DNA of 64,000 bases, from NCBI GenBank assembly GCA_050084515.1, contig CM114271.1:30442001-30506000 (forward strand), in the 5' to 3' direction. This DNA is from Blasia pusilla (Eukaryota). Positions 22,171 to 36,700 of the stretch are shown here, one piece after another (within the stretch, counting starts at the first letter, position 1; the number at the start of each line of letters is the position of its first letter). The position numbers and the translations under genes were made by a program. The notes under the pieces were generated by a model. That model did no database searches. It was not told where the DNA came from and saw only the letters and a list, made by a program, of their open reading frames with translations.

Positions 22171-24432
22171 AATTTTTTTCCATCAGATAATACAACTAAA
22201 TCTGAGACAAAATTTGAATGTCCGACTACCCTTGGTCGTCAAGAGCTTTATTTTTCTACACCTTCATGCCTTAAATTAGGAAACACCCCCTTAGGGTCGG
22301 TGCGTCTTAATACAATATTGGACATTTGTCATATAATCACTATTGGGCCATTCTAGTTCTTCATATATTCTTGCTTGTAAGTGAATTCTTTGAGGTTATT
22401 TGACTTACTTGCTAGATCAAATGGAATCAAAACTAAAGTTCTCGTACTAACAGCCTTAGCATCGATCCTATAATTTGCATGTTTAACTCCTGTAAAAAAC
22501 TCAATTTGTTCCCTAAAATAGTGAAGACTAAAAAAATTCTTTATCATCAACGAAGCTTAAAAACCATAAATTTTTGAATTCACCATAGTTGATGAATTTG
22601 GAATCCCTTAAGTAAGATTTACACTATATACTCCCGCTTCATTAGAAGTAAGAGTGAGACGGATGGAGAAGAAAGTAATTAAAAGAGGATAGTCTAGATG
22701 GGAAAAAAAAAATGCTAGAAACGGTTGGTGCAAGATCATAATTACGGCCTCTACAAGTGATCATGACGTGTGTTATAAATTCTTGATAGTGGTGGCTCCA
22801 CGTTGTTGTTTGTAGTTCTAGATGCAGAGGCCATCCAACGGTGACTGAACGCTACGTGTCACTACAAGGATGGTCATGCTACGTACTAGGTTTCCTAGCC
22901 CGAGAGCATCCTAGGGCAAGTATTGTGGCTACACTGCCTAACGCCGCGTGCAGGAGTATGGCAGCCTTCTCCCAGGTTTCTCACGCTCGATCTATTTCGC
23001 TTCATTACATGGATTGTAGAGCAGGTACGCTTGGTTCGTTGTTTCTTGGTTCGTGCGATGGAAGGCTCGAGGGAGGCACGCTTTGCACTAAACTTCCAAG
23101 CTCCCAACCTGACGCTCTACCTGCCAGTTGTATTATCTAGTTTGGGCACTCAATGCTGTTTTCCTTTCCATCTCCCTTCAATGTTTTCCTATCCATCCCT
23201 CTTCATTGATCGACCGAGCTTCTCCTTTCATCCGGTTCTGATCTTGCGCTCTCAATCATTTGCTTTGCACAAGTTACTCTCGGTCTGTGACTGATACTCA
23301 ACTCCATTTGCTTTGGATCAACCCATTTCATGTTCGACAGCTTTTTGCCTTTGTAACGGCTGCGGTGCTTACTACTTAGTTATTGGCGCTCGAGCAGTTT
23401 CGGGCTCCATCACGAATCATTTACGGCGATTGATTGCTCATTTCCTTCTCGCCGGTTCTTCCTGTAATTCAGACTTTCTTGCAAACTCTCTTCTCTGGTT
23501 TAGGGTCTATTCTCCAAGGTCTACTGCTTTACCTATTTTTTTGAGCTCCACTTCCGACGGCTATGCGTACTTCAAGCAAATTTTGACAAAGCTTCGTGAT
23601 TCCGAGCCATGTTGGATTCTCAACATCCACTTCTCTGAGCACCATTAATCTGATCGGCCCTCTTTGTATGAAGAGAAGCCTAGATTGATGGTTCCAACTT
23701 AGACGTCGAAGGAGTCATAGTAATATGACATTGGTGGTCTACGGAGTAGCGTTACTAGGATTATCTAACCCTATCTATTATCTAACCCTAAACCCTTTAT
23801 TGCATCAGGATGCGGGGCACCCTAGTGCAATATAGGGTTACATAATCCTGATGCAGAAAATTTTTCTATTAATAAAAACAAAGAAAAATAGGTAAAAACC
23901 CTAGTTTCCCGAGGAGTGAAATAGTCGGGAGCCGCAGCGGTAGGGCATTCTCCTATGTCGAGTTATCTCCATGTTCAAGTTGCATCGAAGCTCTTATGTG
24001 AGCGCGCGGACGGACTAGGCCACTTTGTATCTCTAAGTTTTGTAAAGATTTCAGTGATTTCGTCACTTTTTGTTTTCTCACAAGCCATGCAGGATCCAGT
24101 ACTGCTTGTACTCAAAGCTGATTGTTGCGTCTTACTTCTTGCGGTGAGAGTCATCGATCAGCTGTATGTAGCTCTCCTTGTGTGCATCTCTCCTTGGTAC
24201 TCTTTGACAATGCTGCTACTCACAATGAGGTAAGCTCTCTTAGCTTCCGCTTCTCTTCTCATCACTCCTTACCCATTGCTTTCGTATTTTTTCATAGATT
24301 TTCATTCGACTCTCCCACCCAAGAATCCAATAGAGAACTGTCCACAATCTTCTCTAACCACCCAGCAGTCAAACCTTATTCTTACTCCTACCGGTTGGTG
24401 AACAGTCAACGTATATAGTCCCTACTTAATGA

Positions 24433-24642
<210 letters not shown>

Positions 24643-26599
24643 ACTGCAACTCACAGGAACTTCACACATTCAACACCGCAACGATAAAAAAATCAATTTC
24701 CTCCCCTTAATTCTCTAGATGAACACCCATAATCTCCAGCTACCGCGCTCCGAGCTACACTCCCCGATTTCACCACTCTTCATCGTCTCTCTCACTCAAT
24801 CCTCCACCACAAAGCTCCTAATTCACGCTCTTGATTGCAACTCATGCTTCAAGCCCCTGCTTGAAGCTCCTCTTACTTGCTCAATCTCCTTCATGTGCGG
24901 AAATGCTAATGTGCTACGTGAACTGAGCTCTCCTTCTCTTGAATTGATCCACAATCTAATCAGGTAGATGGCTGACAGTGCCATTTTTCTTCCATGCCCC
25001 TCTGAAATCCACACCAATCTCCACATGATGTAGAGTAAGCAGGGAAGTTATCTGAGTCTTCACCAAGATCCATTAAGACTATGTGGTTTGATGGAGTAGA
25101 GGGCTTGTGGCCTGCACGCTGCCAAGCGAGCCAACGAACGAGCAAATTGATGCTCACTAGATTCTAGAAGCCAAACCCAGGAAGACCTGTTACAATTTCA
25201 ATAGTGAACTTGGAGTCCTAACTGAAGAAATGCACGGTAGTCTGGGAGTCGAGTAGTCGTGTGGAAGTTTTTCTCATTAATGGTCTTCCTTGACCGTCAC
25301 TATAGTCAATGCATCTTCACCGACTTGCTTCTTTAGTCGCATGTCTCATGCACATACCCTATTCACAACACATCCATCCCTCCGGAATCCACATTCGTTG
25401 TATGAGTTCGTTTGGCGGCTCTCCAAGTCCGACACCGTTTCCTGACTTCTTAGGGAACCTTGCACATTGAAGTGGAGTGGAGTGGATGGATTAGAGAATG
25501 TTTGGTATTTTGTGAGGCACAAGTTGTATGTGCCATTATGGGATCCAAAGCAGGGGGTGCTTTTTCTAGACAGATTTTCCGAGCTCATTGGTTTTCCCTA
25601 GAAACTTGATAGAGTGTGATCGGAAATTTCCTAATACTTGCCGGTTTTTTTTCATTTTTCACAAAGAAAAAACGTAATCCTGGTCGGATTTTTCAAACTA
25701 TTTCTACTCGGATCCGGAGTTTTGAAAGCGAGTGCCAACGTTCAGCCAGTGCCCTTTCTTATCAGGCCCCTGGCTAATAACTTAGCTCTCTTTACAAACT
25801 GACAAAAGTATTTCTGAGAGAAGTTTAGTGACACTTGTGGAGCGGAGCAAATTATTTCTTTGAAATTGGAATCGACAAAGTCTTGTACTCAATTCAACAT
25901 TGACAAGCATTCACTGCACTCCATTAAGCCTCTCCTGTCCCCTGTCAAATATTTCTTAGTTGGGGTTGGCCTGTGTAGTCCTTTTGGAACCCCAGGGAGT
26001 GATATTTCCACCTTGCCCTGGATCTCTTCCTGTCCATCGATTGCATTGGGTTCGGACACTCCTTTCTCTTCTGCAAAGATAGACATTGTGAGTTTTTTGT
26101 TGAGAAGGTCCACCTTCATCTATATCCGGTAATTCACAAGTGCTCATCTTCTTCTCAACATACTTGTCCGGTGAGGTGCCTAGCTTTGTTCAAATCTTTG
26201 CATATGCTTCCTTGTTTTGTCTATGTAGAGTATTTTTCATTTTTCATAGTATAGCTATTGGTAATGCCATTGCAGGATCTTATTTTCAGCTATATGTAAT
26301 TGCCATGTTCTAAGTTTATGCTGTGGCTTGTCCTGCATGTGTAACTACCGTGAGCTGTTGTTTTCCTCAAGTAGTGCTCTATTTTTTTTTAGCCATTTCC
26401 CCTACACTGGCCTTTCAATCACTTGCACTAATGGGAAGAGGAATACTCCAACTTCATACCTCAAGTTCAAGGAAAGACCTAGTGAAAAAAATGATAGGTC
26501 TCAATAAAAGAAGGTTATCGGAGCACTGACTGCATGTACGTAGGAGAATTTCCCATCTCATAAAGCTTGCCTGTAAGCCCCATTGCATGGACTGGTCAT

Positions 26600-29500
26600 G
26601 TGTTGATTCCTACCTTTGTACCTAGCGTGCAATATGCTCATAAACTATCAAGTGTTGTGGATATTGCGGTGTTGTGCAATTTAGTAATGCAATTTAGTAA
26701 CCCTCGAACAAAAATATGTATTGTTGAAGACCGAACCAATCCGCCATATGCATTATGCAATGGATTCATGAGAGATTACATAGTACCTCATCCACGTCAC
26801 TTCCATGTCTGTGATACTTGCATCTCATCTGGACCTCGCACACAAATCAATGTCTATATGACTCCAACTTACATTAGGCAATTGCTTAATGTGGAACCAC
26901 TGCAATTGTAGCTCCTTTCCATGGTTGACTCTAGATTAGGTGTAGAAAAGAAATTCAATGGCTTCCACATGGGATTTTTCACGGTAATATCTCTGCTAGA
27001 TTCACCTTTCATTGGTTTCAATCTCGAGCCAAATAGAATATTAAGAGAATCTCCTATTCTACATGCCATGCAAGAGATACTGAAAATAAAGCTTGAAATC
27101 AATCCATTGTACAGAGATTACAGAGCACTTATACAATTTCCAAATCCTTCATCTGGAATAATTATCCTTCATGAATCATTGGTCCAGAGAATAATTAAGG
27201 CCTCCCAAGAGAAAGGAAAAGTCACACACAGTATGAGCCACGATCCTTACCATCCCGATCTCCATATCCTTTAGGATGTTGCCTACTCCCTACCTATTCA
27301 AAGACGAGCTTCCATAAACATATTTGATAATGGTAGTATATCTCTGAGAGCAAATGCATATACGCGTGATAAGCTCTTGACTGATATATTCGGTGCTTCA
27401 ATAGATCCAAAACTCACGCTAGAGACTGCATCCTTCCCTTTCTTGTTCCCCTTCCATCGAGGCTATTTCAAAGGGAGCTCAACATTCTCTGACTATAATC
27501 GTGCTTGGAGCCGCCAATTGTTTAGTCCATTCTCTTTGTTTAAGCCTTATGCTTTATTAATGTACCATATACGACAAGCAATCGCCTTATGCTCTACTCA
27601 AAACATTTGTTCTAAGTAGGGAACTAGACTGACTTCCTAGAGATAAGCCCCATTTAAGTGATGCAAGCTTGTATCACCATCTTTCTAAATATTCAATTAG
27701 CCCTTAGATCCCAGGAAGCCTTTCATGGCATAGAAGGCATTTGAAAGATCTAAAGGCTATGTGTACACAAATGGGGCATGCCACATTTTTTCTTAACACT
27801 AACTTCCGATGAAGTATCTGCAACAAGATGGAATGAATTTTCTGATATCAAAGCTATACTTGCCAAGTTCAACCCGAACTTTACTTGGCGCGATGCTCCA
27901 ACTGAGTGTGCACTATTATTCCTACCAGGCTGCATTCTTTCCTGTCTTCATAAATATTTTCAGGCCCACATCTTTTCTGTAGAGTCGCAGAATATTTGCT
28001 CCGCTATGAGCTACAAGGCAAAGGTAGTTTGCATTGCCATATGATTTTGTGGCTCCATCCTGATGATGTTTACCGAATTGCATCAGAAATATGTTCATAT
28101 ATCCCATGTGCTGACCCTAGGCTGCATCTCCTGCATTCCTGGTCTACCCTCCGATCAAGTGATGAACTGTTAGGCCTAGTGCTTCAGAAGCAATTGCACC
28201 GCTGCAAGGAAGGAGTTTGCATAGTGAGGAAGCCATCCCAAAAACCATACTACCGCTTAGGATTCCCTGCTGATGTGAATCCTAATCTGCAACCATTTAT
28301 CGATCCACGTTCAATGAAGTGGAGTTACTTTAGGCCCTTAGCTGAGGACCGTAATGTCATTCCATACCATCCCCTAGTGCTCCTGCTCTGGGGAGCGCAC
28401 ATGAACATTCAAAGGGTAACCAATGTTGACTGGTCATTTTATCTTCTCAAGTATGCTTTGAAGTCAGAGCCCACTGGGTCTTTAGATATTGATACTAAAT
28501 CAGCTAAATCTCTCGGACTTGGTGGATTAGATGACATTAAGTTACGTCTTGTCTCCGGGGTTTTTCTAAAAAAACCTGTCTCATCTACAAAATCTGCACT
28601 AACCTCTCTTTAGATTCCAATTATATATAGGTCACATGCCATTCACTATGTTGATTACAACCCTCCCTCAAGGAGAACTTATCTCTACAAATCCGCATCT
28701 ATACCATGCATTCATCCCACAACTCTCTACGCAAGTAGGCCAACTGGCCTTGAAGAACTATCATCTTTGCTTATTGGAATAGGTACAAGATCTTGAAAGC
28801 CTATCCAAAGAATCCAAGTAATAAAGTTGTTGGATTGGATCACTTAGGTAATATTATGAGTAGGACTAACCGTCTTGTTAGATTCACTCAATTCCATCCA
28901 CTTCATCAATGGAACAAATTCTTTTATTTAGTGCTTCTAGAGAATGTCCCTTTTAGATCTAAGGGAACTCTCACATCATTCTAGGCCCACAATTGGATGT
29001 ATCTACAAGAGTGCGTTCATAGGAAATTAATCCAGGATATGCCTTACATTCATAAGCTCATTAGAGAACACGCAGTCAAAAACTTTGTGGAGTCAAGTGC
29101 ACGAGGCAAAAATAATTGCTAAAGCAACTAGCATTCTGTGACTGAGCTTGACATGGATATAGGTTCTTTTATCAATTTTGAAACTATTCATAGTGAAGTT
29201 GTCCATCCAGACAAAGAGGATTTGCCCAATCAGCCTGACATTGCAATCCTCAATCCTGAAGAGAAACTCCTATTTGCCCATATCACATCTCTTACATCTA
29301 ATTTAATCTTCCTTAAAGGAGGACTTGGTTGTGGTAAGTCTTTCTTTGTGAGATTCATGTATGATTACTCGAAAGCTATGGGAATGTCACCTCTACTCAC
29401 TGCAACAACAGGTATTGCCGCTGTTTGATTTCATGTAGAAGCTCTTACAGTTCATTCTACTTTCAACATTCCCATCTGTGGTGATATGCTAACTATGCAC

Positions 29501-30480
29501 GCTACTTCAGATCCTTACATGAGACTTAAGGCTGCCCAAGTAATTGTAGTTGATGAGTTCTCAATGCTGATAACTAAGCTACTATAAATTATAGTGATGT
29601 GAAGTCACAAAATGCAGCAGCCAGAATTTGCTTGGTGGAAAGTTGCTCATCCTTGTAGACGACCTATACCATCTTCTGCATGTTTGCAACCATAAAGTTT
29701 CAAATATATGTCATGGTTGCCATATTACTTCTTCTACTTTCTTGGAAAATGTACTCTCCTTTGAATTGGTTATACCTATACGCCATTCAAGTGATCCTCT
29801 TTATAATCAGTTCCTAACTTCTATCAGATCTGCTCTTCCAACACAGGCCCATATTGATGACAATCTACGATCCTGCTTTGTGTCTGAGTATGAGGCTACA
29901 GATTTCATCACTTCTAGCACAACAATCATTTGTACTCATTGTGACGACGTTGCCATGTTCAATCTCCTATCACTTAGAAGGATTTTTGGAGATGCCTCTA
30001 TTATGAAAGTTAGCGTTATTTCTACCGCTCCTTCATAACCAAAATTTGATATCTGGTTAAACGATGATTCTTTTCACCAACTACCGTTCGTTGCACTTCA
30101 CTCTCGAGTTATGATTACATCTAATGTTAACTTGAAGTGCGAGGCAGCCAATGGATCTCTTGGTACAGGGTCTTATCTTATTTATGAGGACAATGAGTAA
30201 GTTTATATTGGTGTCACTCTTCAATCCAATGGACATGCTATCAAGATATGTAGAACCAATTTCTCTACTCTGAGATATGACTCGAAGCGTAAATTTATCG
30301 AGAGATCATTTCCACTTATTAGGTTATGCCATGACGGCCCACAAGAGTTAAGGTTCTACCGTGGAAGATCCTTGTTTGTTGGTTGTTCAGTCAATTTTTG
30401 CTATGGGATTATCCTATGTTATGCTATCCAGAGTAAAGAATAGGAATCAGCTGCGCATATTAGGATCATTGGGAGCCTAA
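26600..30480 (+). mobile_element. Helitron Rep/Pif1-helicase pseudogene
   Basis: N-terminal CGYC...CDTC; FPFLFP; PHFFLTLT; HUH motif YELQGKGSLHCHMILW; YLLKYALK; Walker A KGGLGCGKS; TATTGIAA; DEFSML; GGKLLILVDD; terminal YVMLSRVKNR. Termini were not fixed. Confidence 0.93.
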
Positions 30481-30559
30481 TGACTTCCTAGTGTTTGATC
30501 AAGGAGTTGCAAGTGATCCTATTTTTTTATTGCTATCTATTCTGTAGCACTTACTTAAG

Positions 30560-32870
30560 CATGTCTGCCAGAGCCAACTCAAGCGGGGACGTAGTGTGAG
30601 ATCTGCCTCTCACTTGCACCAAAGTGAGCAATTGCCTTTGTATGAACATGAACCGAATCCCGAAAATGTACCGGATTTTCAATCTCAGCGACAAAATCAA
30701 GCCCCCACTCATGCAGAAGTACATGTTACTCCCTATGCCTTCCTTCCCTCATTTTCTATTCTGCCCTTTGGTGCTATATCTAATTCATGACCCATAGGTG
30801 CCCTCAAGCTACTTGGACTTCGCTAGCATGATACTTTCAGACATCCAAGCGCAGCCAAAGAATTCAAGCCTAGGTTCAAATTTCCCACAGAGAATCAGAT
30901 CAAGTACATGGACAACCTAGGGATGGTCCCAACCTTCCGAGAACATGGTGTAATAGGAAGGTAGATCCAAAGTCGCATTAGCCAATGCCAACTCTGACAT
31001 GCTAAGTTCCGACGTTTGAACAAGGATGCATCAACATCAAGTATTATTACTGATATTCTGTAGTTTTCCTTTTTGATTTATCTTCGGCTCTCTACTCATA
31101 TGATATTAGCTTTCATGTAATTTATTTTAGGAATCCAGAAGGAAGTTCTCAAGTACAAGAATGTCGACTTCAAAGAGACTTCACTGATAAGAAAGGACCA
31201 TGCTAGACTCTTTAATCTTGTATCTGGTGGAATAAGGCTGGATCAACTTCGAGTCTTGAGGCACCAAATGCATCTCCCCCTACACATGTTATTGGACCTT
31301 AACTCCGCTAAAGCTACTCATCTCATTGATAGAATGAAGATATCCCAAGAGAATGGGCAACTCCCAGATTTTGAGCCTATTCCTATTGACGTGGATTATC
31401 CCCCATATTTCCCAATACTGCCAGAGTTTGATGATGTTATCATCTTGCCTTTTGATCCTAATCCTAATGTTGCTAATTCTCCAATCAAGAATGTCCATGA
31501 CCCCACTGGTAGCTCTATGCTCCCTCAAACCAGCTAGTTCCTCTCAACAATGCAGTCTCCTAGCAAAAGGAAATGCACTTAGCCAGGTGTATTTCTGATG
31601 CTGAGTCAGCCATTGTTCATTAGTTCTCATTAGTCTAATGTATTGGGTACTTTGTGCATTCTGTTGCGTTTCTTGTGAAATTTTTCTGCCCTTATGTTTG
31701 AATTTCCAAATGCATGCTTTTTATCTCCATACGTGCTAATGATCAACTCATTTCATGTGTAGGTCTTTGTTGGGAATTTTCTAGCCATAACTACACACAA
31801 TCGATTGTGTTTATGGCCTTGACAATTTGTACAAAATTTTGCACTAGTTTAGCCATATGGACTCATCTGGTCAGCTCATCCTGGCTTCTATTTTCCAATT
31901 TAATTTCAGTAATTTTGGTTTCTCCTACGCTTGGAAGTTCTAGGACACAATACTGCACAATAAATCTATACCCTTCTTAAATTTTAATACATTATGCTCC
32001 AACCATGGTATGTACAATGTATCTCAAATTTTCTCATATATTAGATTGCTCCATATATGTTTCTTATTTTTGTCCACTTTGTCTCACCAAGTTGACATTT
32101 CTACTTTCTTCTTCTCCACATTGCCATTTCTCCTTTAATGCTCAGCTTAAGTGATTACTTTATTATGTTTGTGGTACTACTTCTTCTTCCGCACAATTTT
32201 GCATATGGTTTTTCAGCTTGCTCACTTCATTGTCCAATATCCACCTTCTGCACTACATTTAATTTCATATTTGTGGTATTGTGTAACTCTCACTAGGTTG
32301 ATTTGTACTTTGATTATTTCTCCATTACACTTTCAACCCCTTTTTCTCATACTTGTGCATCTGATGATGACAACAACATGCTATCTCATTTCCAGCTCTT
32401 GTTACACCTCCATTGTAATTTCTTGCTCGTTCATTTCCCACTTTGTGTCTCATCTACGTTTGTGGTTTGACTTTTCTTTCCTGTTTCAGATGAACATATT
32501 CTTTCAGGTTTGCGGTGATGACCACAAATGCTGAGATTTTCAACAAGGGTACACTGGGAATTTTGCAAAATGGGATCAGGATGAATGCAGCCAATCTGCA
32601 AACATCTATGACTCCATTCGTCAGTCTTTGGACGATGGTGAAAGGCACTCGCTACGCCTTAATGCAAAGATATCATATTTTGTTGATTTCTTACAACTTG
32701 AGCAGGATGCACGTTATTCTATTGGAATTGAACTGCATGATATCAAGCAGAAAATTAAAGATGCTAGGGCAGATTTCAAGGACTTTTTGAATGATGTCCA
32801 AGATTACATAGACAAGGATCCTAAGCTTGCTCTCCAAGCTTCCATTATTATGTCTCTTCTTAGGCCATAG
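30560..32870 (+). pseudogene. Degenerate spliced coding remnants downstream of the Helitron helicase (possible cargo or accessory gene)
   Basis: Exon-like pieces follow polypyrimidine/AG acceptors (ttttag at ~31130, tttcag at ~32507), and there is a coiled-coil-like ORF at 32628-32870. No domain was recognised. Confidence 0.25.
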
Positions 32871-34034
32871 TTAGCCTCTTGCTCCTGCTAATGCTCAACT
32901 AGTTCAATTATCAGCTCTGCATCACCTGCTAGTCCTTGCGCTTGCTAAAACTACATGCCCATTATCAGTTACATCATATTCAGATATATGTATCCACTTT
33001 TGCAATGAGCATTAGCTTACACCATTTCAGACCATTTCAGTCTACATCAGAACTTCATTTTGTCACAATTTTGAATTCGGCATATAAAAATAAACATATT
33101 TCCAAAATCTCTTCATTTCTATTCCAATCAATCCCTCGAATGCTAGTGTGTTATGAATCTCATAGGTTCGGCTCACTCTTGCAGCCTCTTTTTCAAATCT
33201 TCTTGAATTCGATGCTTGCGCATTCCATGCTTTGAGAACAACAAGCTCATGAAGGCACCTCTATGCACACAGTATTATGTCCAACACACTCCACTCAATT
33301 TTTCGTTGCTTATTAATGCAGGAAAAATCTTAGAGAATGTCCATATGTGCATTCTATATTTCTTATTATAGGTTTCGTATCACAAACTCCCACTTGTGCA
33401 TTTCCAACATAGTCATCAAAATGTTACACTTCTTTTGATTCTTTCCTGTTCAAATCAAATGCTATGACATGCCATTTGAGCTTTGTGCTCCGCAAGCTGC
33501 TCCACTGCACTACCTCAACCTTACTACATAACTACATCCATTTACTAGTTGCAGAGAACTTTTACCCACCCTGCGCATCCACTGTTCTCCGTGCAACGCA
33601 AATCACAAAGCAACTTCCAACCTTAATCAGTTTCGTAACAATATTATTAAAACAAATAATGTGAACTACATAGACAAATTAAAAATACCATCTGTATACC
33701 ATGAACAACTAACTGAAAAAACATGTTATTACCCGGATGGTGTTTCCTTCAATTCCAACTTCATATAATCTATTTTCTGAGGAGCTGCCAAATGAGAACG
33801 CACCTGTATATTTGAGAGCCAGAAGAATTCAGCTACAGAAAGCCAACGCATTGTTGCGCCGTTACTTTATTACAGGGCCTCCAATACCAGCCATCTATGC
33901 CTTACTAGTTCATTCATCTCCTATGAGTCCCGTTATTAACTTAGCAATCCTGGGCCGCACCCTAGTTATTATTATCCTCAAAACTGGACTCCTGAGCTGC
34001 GGCAAGCAGGAGACCTCCGACATGACGGGCTCAT

Positions 34035-34736
34035 TCAGCGGGTGTGGCGATTGCATGGCCAATTCAAATACCAGGGCAACGTATGCAGAGGATCGTCGAA
34101 GACTTTCATAATGAAGGGGGGGATGTGGAGAGGGAGAAGGATTCGAGGCTTCACGGTGACGCGCTCCATGGCGGGGGAGCTCTCGGAAGGGCCTGGCCCG
34201 GAGTCGTTGGCAGCCATAGCCTCCGGGGCCGGAGCTCCACCGGCGTCTTGCAATTGAACTGCGGCTACTGGAGGAGGTGGGATCGGCCAAAGCGCATCCA
34301 ACTGCCATTTCATAATGGAATCGTCGTGAGGTCGGCCCTTCATCCACACCCACGCTCCGACGCTGTTGACAGACCACCTGATAGTCCGCATGCTGTTGAA
34401 CTCCGGGAACTTCCACTTCTTCTCGTGGTACTTCCTGTCCCACACTATGAAAGTCATGGTGTGTCCGGTGTGATTTGTGACGGTGCAGTAGAAGAAGCTG
34501 TGGAAAACGGGGCTCGTGACGTCGAACGGGAAGGTGTAGCTCATGTCGCCAGGAAAGATCCTCCTCGCGAGCTTTTCGATGGAATTATCCGCCGTGTGGC
34601 AACGCACCGATAGACCGTCTTCGATTTCCGTCGTGATCATCACGTTGTAGTCCCTGTCTCCGCCAGCGACCTGGGGAATTATGAGCATGAAAGCCGCCAG
34701 CGCAATGCGAAGCAAAGACGAAATCGGGAGCGCCAT
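34035..34736 (-). CDS. Secreted S-protein homologue (plant self-incompatibility S1 family)-like protein, 233 aa, with Pro/Ala-rich C-terminal extension
   Basis: The start is taken at the internal Met (MALPISSLLRIALAAFMLIIPQVAG, a signal peptide). It follows the SPH pattern V.I.....L.V.C...D......G..Y.F.F......FYC.......F.VW......W.V...G. Intronless. Confidence 0.7.
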   Translation of the reverse strand: MALPISSLLRIALAAFMLIIPQVAGGDRDYNVMITTEIEDGLSVRCHTADNSIEKLARRIFPGDMSYTFPFDVTSPVFHSFFYCTVTNHTGHTMTFIVWDRKYHEKKWKFPEFNSMRTIRWSVNSVGAWVWMKGRPHDDSIMKWQLDALWPIPPPPVAAVQLQDAGGAPAPEAMAANDSGPGPSESSPAMERVTVKPRILLPLHIPPFIMKVFDDPLHTLPWYLNWPCNRHTR

Positions 34737-36456
34737 TTTGTGTATCCGAGTTGGTCCGATATGGATCACTCCCATACTCGTCCAAGGCGGAGCCGTACGT
34801 CGATTTGTGAATCGTAGTTCCTGCGCGGGCGCGATTTCGAAACTCGCACTCACCTCACTCGGACCCGACGTTCCGGCATATCTGCGAGAGCTGTAGGGCC
34901 CGTGGTAGCACACATTGACCCCTGCCCATGGATAGTTGAGGCAAACAAAAGAGAGGATAGATTTTCGGTTTGCAGGGTTTAGAAGAATCGGTGTCTTCCA
35001 CGCTAAGACTGTGAAATCAAATCGCACCCGACGCTCAGTAGCGGCATCAGAAAATCGGACCAGAGACTCACGACATTCCAAACGAGAATAGAGCCAGAGG
35101 ATGAAGCAAATTCATTTCTCTTGACCCTCCTCCCCCGCCAGTTCACCTCTCGAGCAAAGATCGATTCCATGCTCCCTTCTCCGAATTGGACATTGAGATG
35201 CTGCTTACAGTCCTCTCGGACTCGTGGGAATCGAAGAAGCCACAGTTCATACGGGAAGACATCTCCGCTGACTGTGGGCCGATCAAAGATTAGCTGCGTA
35301 AGAAAATGCCTAACGATCGACATCATTGCACTCTCGGGTCATAGATCCTTCACAGGGTGCGGAGAGACACCGCCCCACATTCAAGAGTCATGTCCCATGC
35401 TATCACCATACATTTTCATGGCCGACGGAGACCTCGCTGTCCGTTTAGTGTATCCGTAGATTCCGTCCGTGGACGCATCAGAATTAACGAACGTCTCTCC
35501 GGCTTCCGGGGTTACAGGTACCCTAAAAATCGCACTCTGCACTTATTCATGTAACCATTATTCATGCAAGCAGCGAGAGGGCAAGAAAATATTTTCTATT
35601 TTATGGATAGTAGAAAAATAAAATTTTTATATGGATTTTAAAAAAAAATTCCGTGAAATATGATTAATATCTCGTAATAATATGACACGAATTTTCCAAT
35701 AGTTTTTTAAAAAAATATTGGGAATCAATACCTCAAAAGTTTTCCATGAATTGTGTCCAAGGTATGTGTAAGGGCTTTAGCACAACCCGATGTCATAGGG
35801 TTCATAAGTAGAATCCATGCTTGGTTGGAGAATGATGAGTTATTACTATTTGTGCTATACAATTATATGAAATCACGCGAGCATTTTTTAGTCAAGGTTT
35901 TAGGCTAGAGGAACCATCCCTCTTCGAGTTTCATATGCAAGAAGCGTAAATAAAATATATTAGATGGATATTAATTTTTTGTACTATAGAAATTCGATGG
36001 AAATTAGATATGGAATCACTTTTTTAAGAAATAAAACTCTCTTAGGCTTCTTCATTGGATAGTCTTTTCCCTTCTTGATTTGGGAGGAAAACCCCTTGGC
36101 TTTTCGAAGCCCCATCTCCCCAATTATGAAAGAAAATCACTTTGTTTTTCTTTTCTCACCATTATCAAATTCCCACTCCTTTTCTTTATCCCAAAATTTT
36201 TTAGAATCTTCTAAAACATTCTTACTTACCAAGCTCAATAAATTCTAGACCCACATTTTTAGAAATCATTTGGTAAAATATTGGAAGAGTTCATGATTAA
36301 TACAAAAATTGGGAAAATAGAAAGGAGATTGCACTTTTCTTTTCTTGTAGAGTTAAAAACTTATGCCTTTTTCAGTTTTTTCTCCCCTTAGCTTAGTACA
36401 AAGAAACCTTAAAATAAAATTAGCTTAGAAAGGCTTTATATTTGACATGCATACAT

Positions 36457-36532
36457 AGCCTTGTCATGAAATGGCTTACACCTTTAAGAATATGAGCCTT
36501 GTCATGAAATGGCTTACACCTTTAAGAATATG
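36457..36532. repeat. Exact 38-bp tandem duplication
   Basis: agccttgtcatgaaatggcttacacctttaagaatatg x2. Confidence 0.9.
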
Positions 36533-36652
36533 ATTAAATACTTTAGAAAAAAACTCATGTGAAATCCTCTATTTCTTTAATGTATTAATTTCTCTTTGCG
36601 CCTCTTATATTGAACTCCATATACTTTCTAAAATATACCTTGTGTAATCCTA

Positions 36653-36655
<3 letters not shown>

Positions 36656-36695
<40 letters not shown>
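36656..36695. repeat. (TC)20 microsatellite
   Basis: Read directly from the sequence. Confidence 0.95.

Positions 36696-36700
<5 letters not shown>

Noticed and set aside
20900-22600. Possible old transposase remnant in AT-rich DNA
   Set aside because: No run of diagnostic motifs could be assembled.
25600-25772. hAT-like terminus ...atcaggcccctg
   Set aside because: No partner TIR, TSD or transposase was found.
34737-35081. N-terminal 115 aa of the 348-aa ORF
   Set aside because: It begins at a non-ATG codon and the signal peptide starts at the Met at 34736, so this is probably UTR or promoter.
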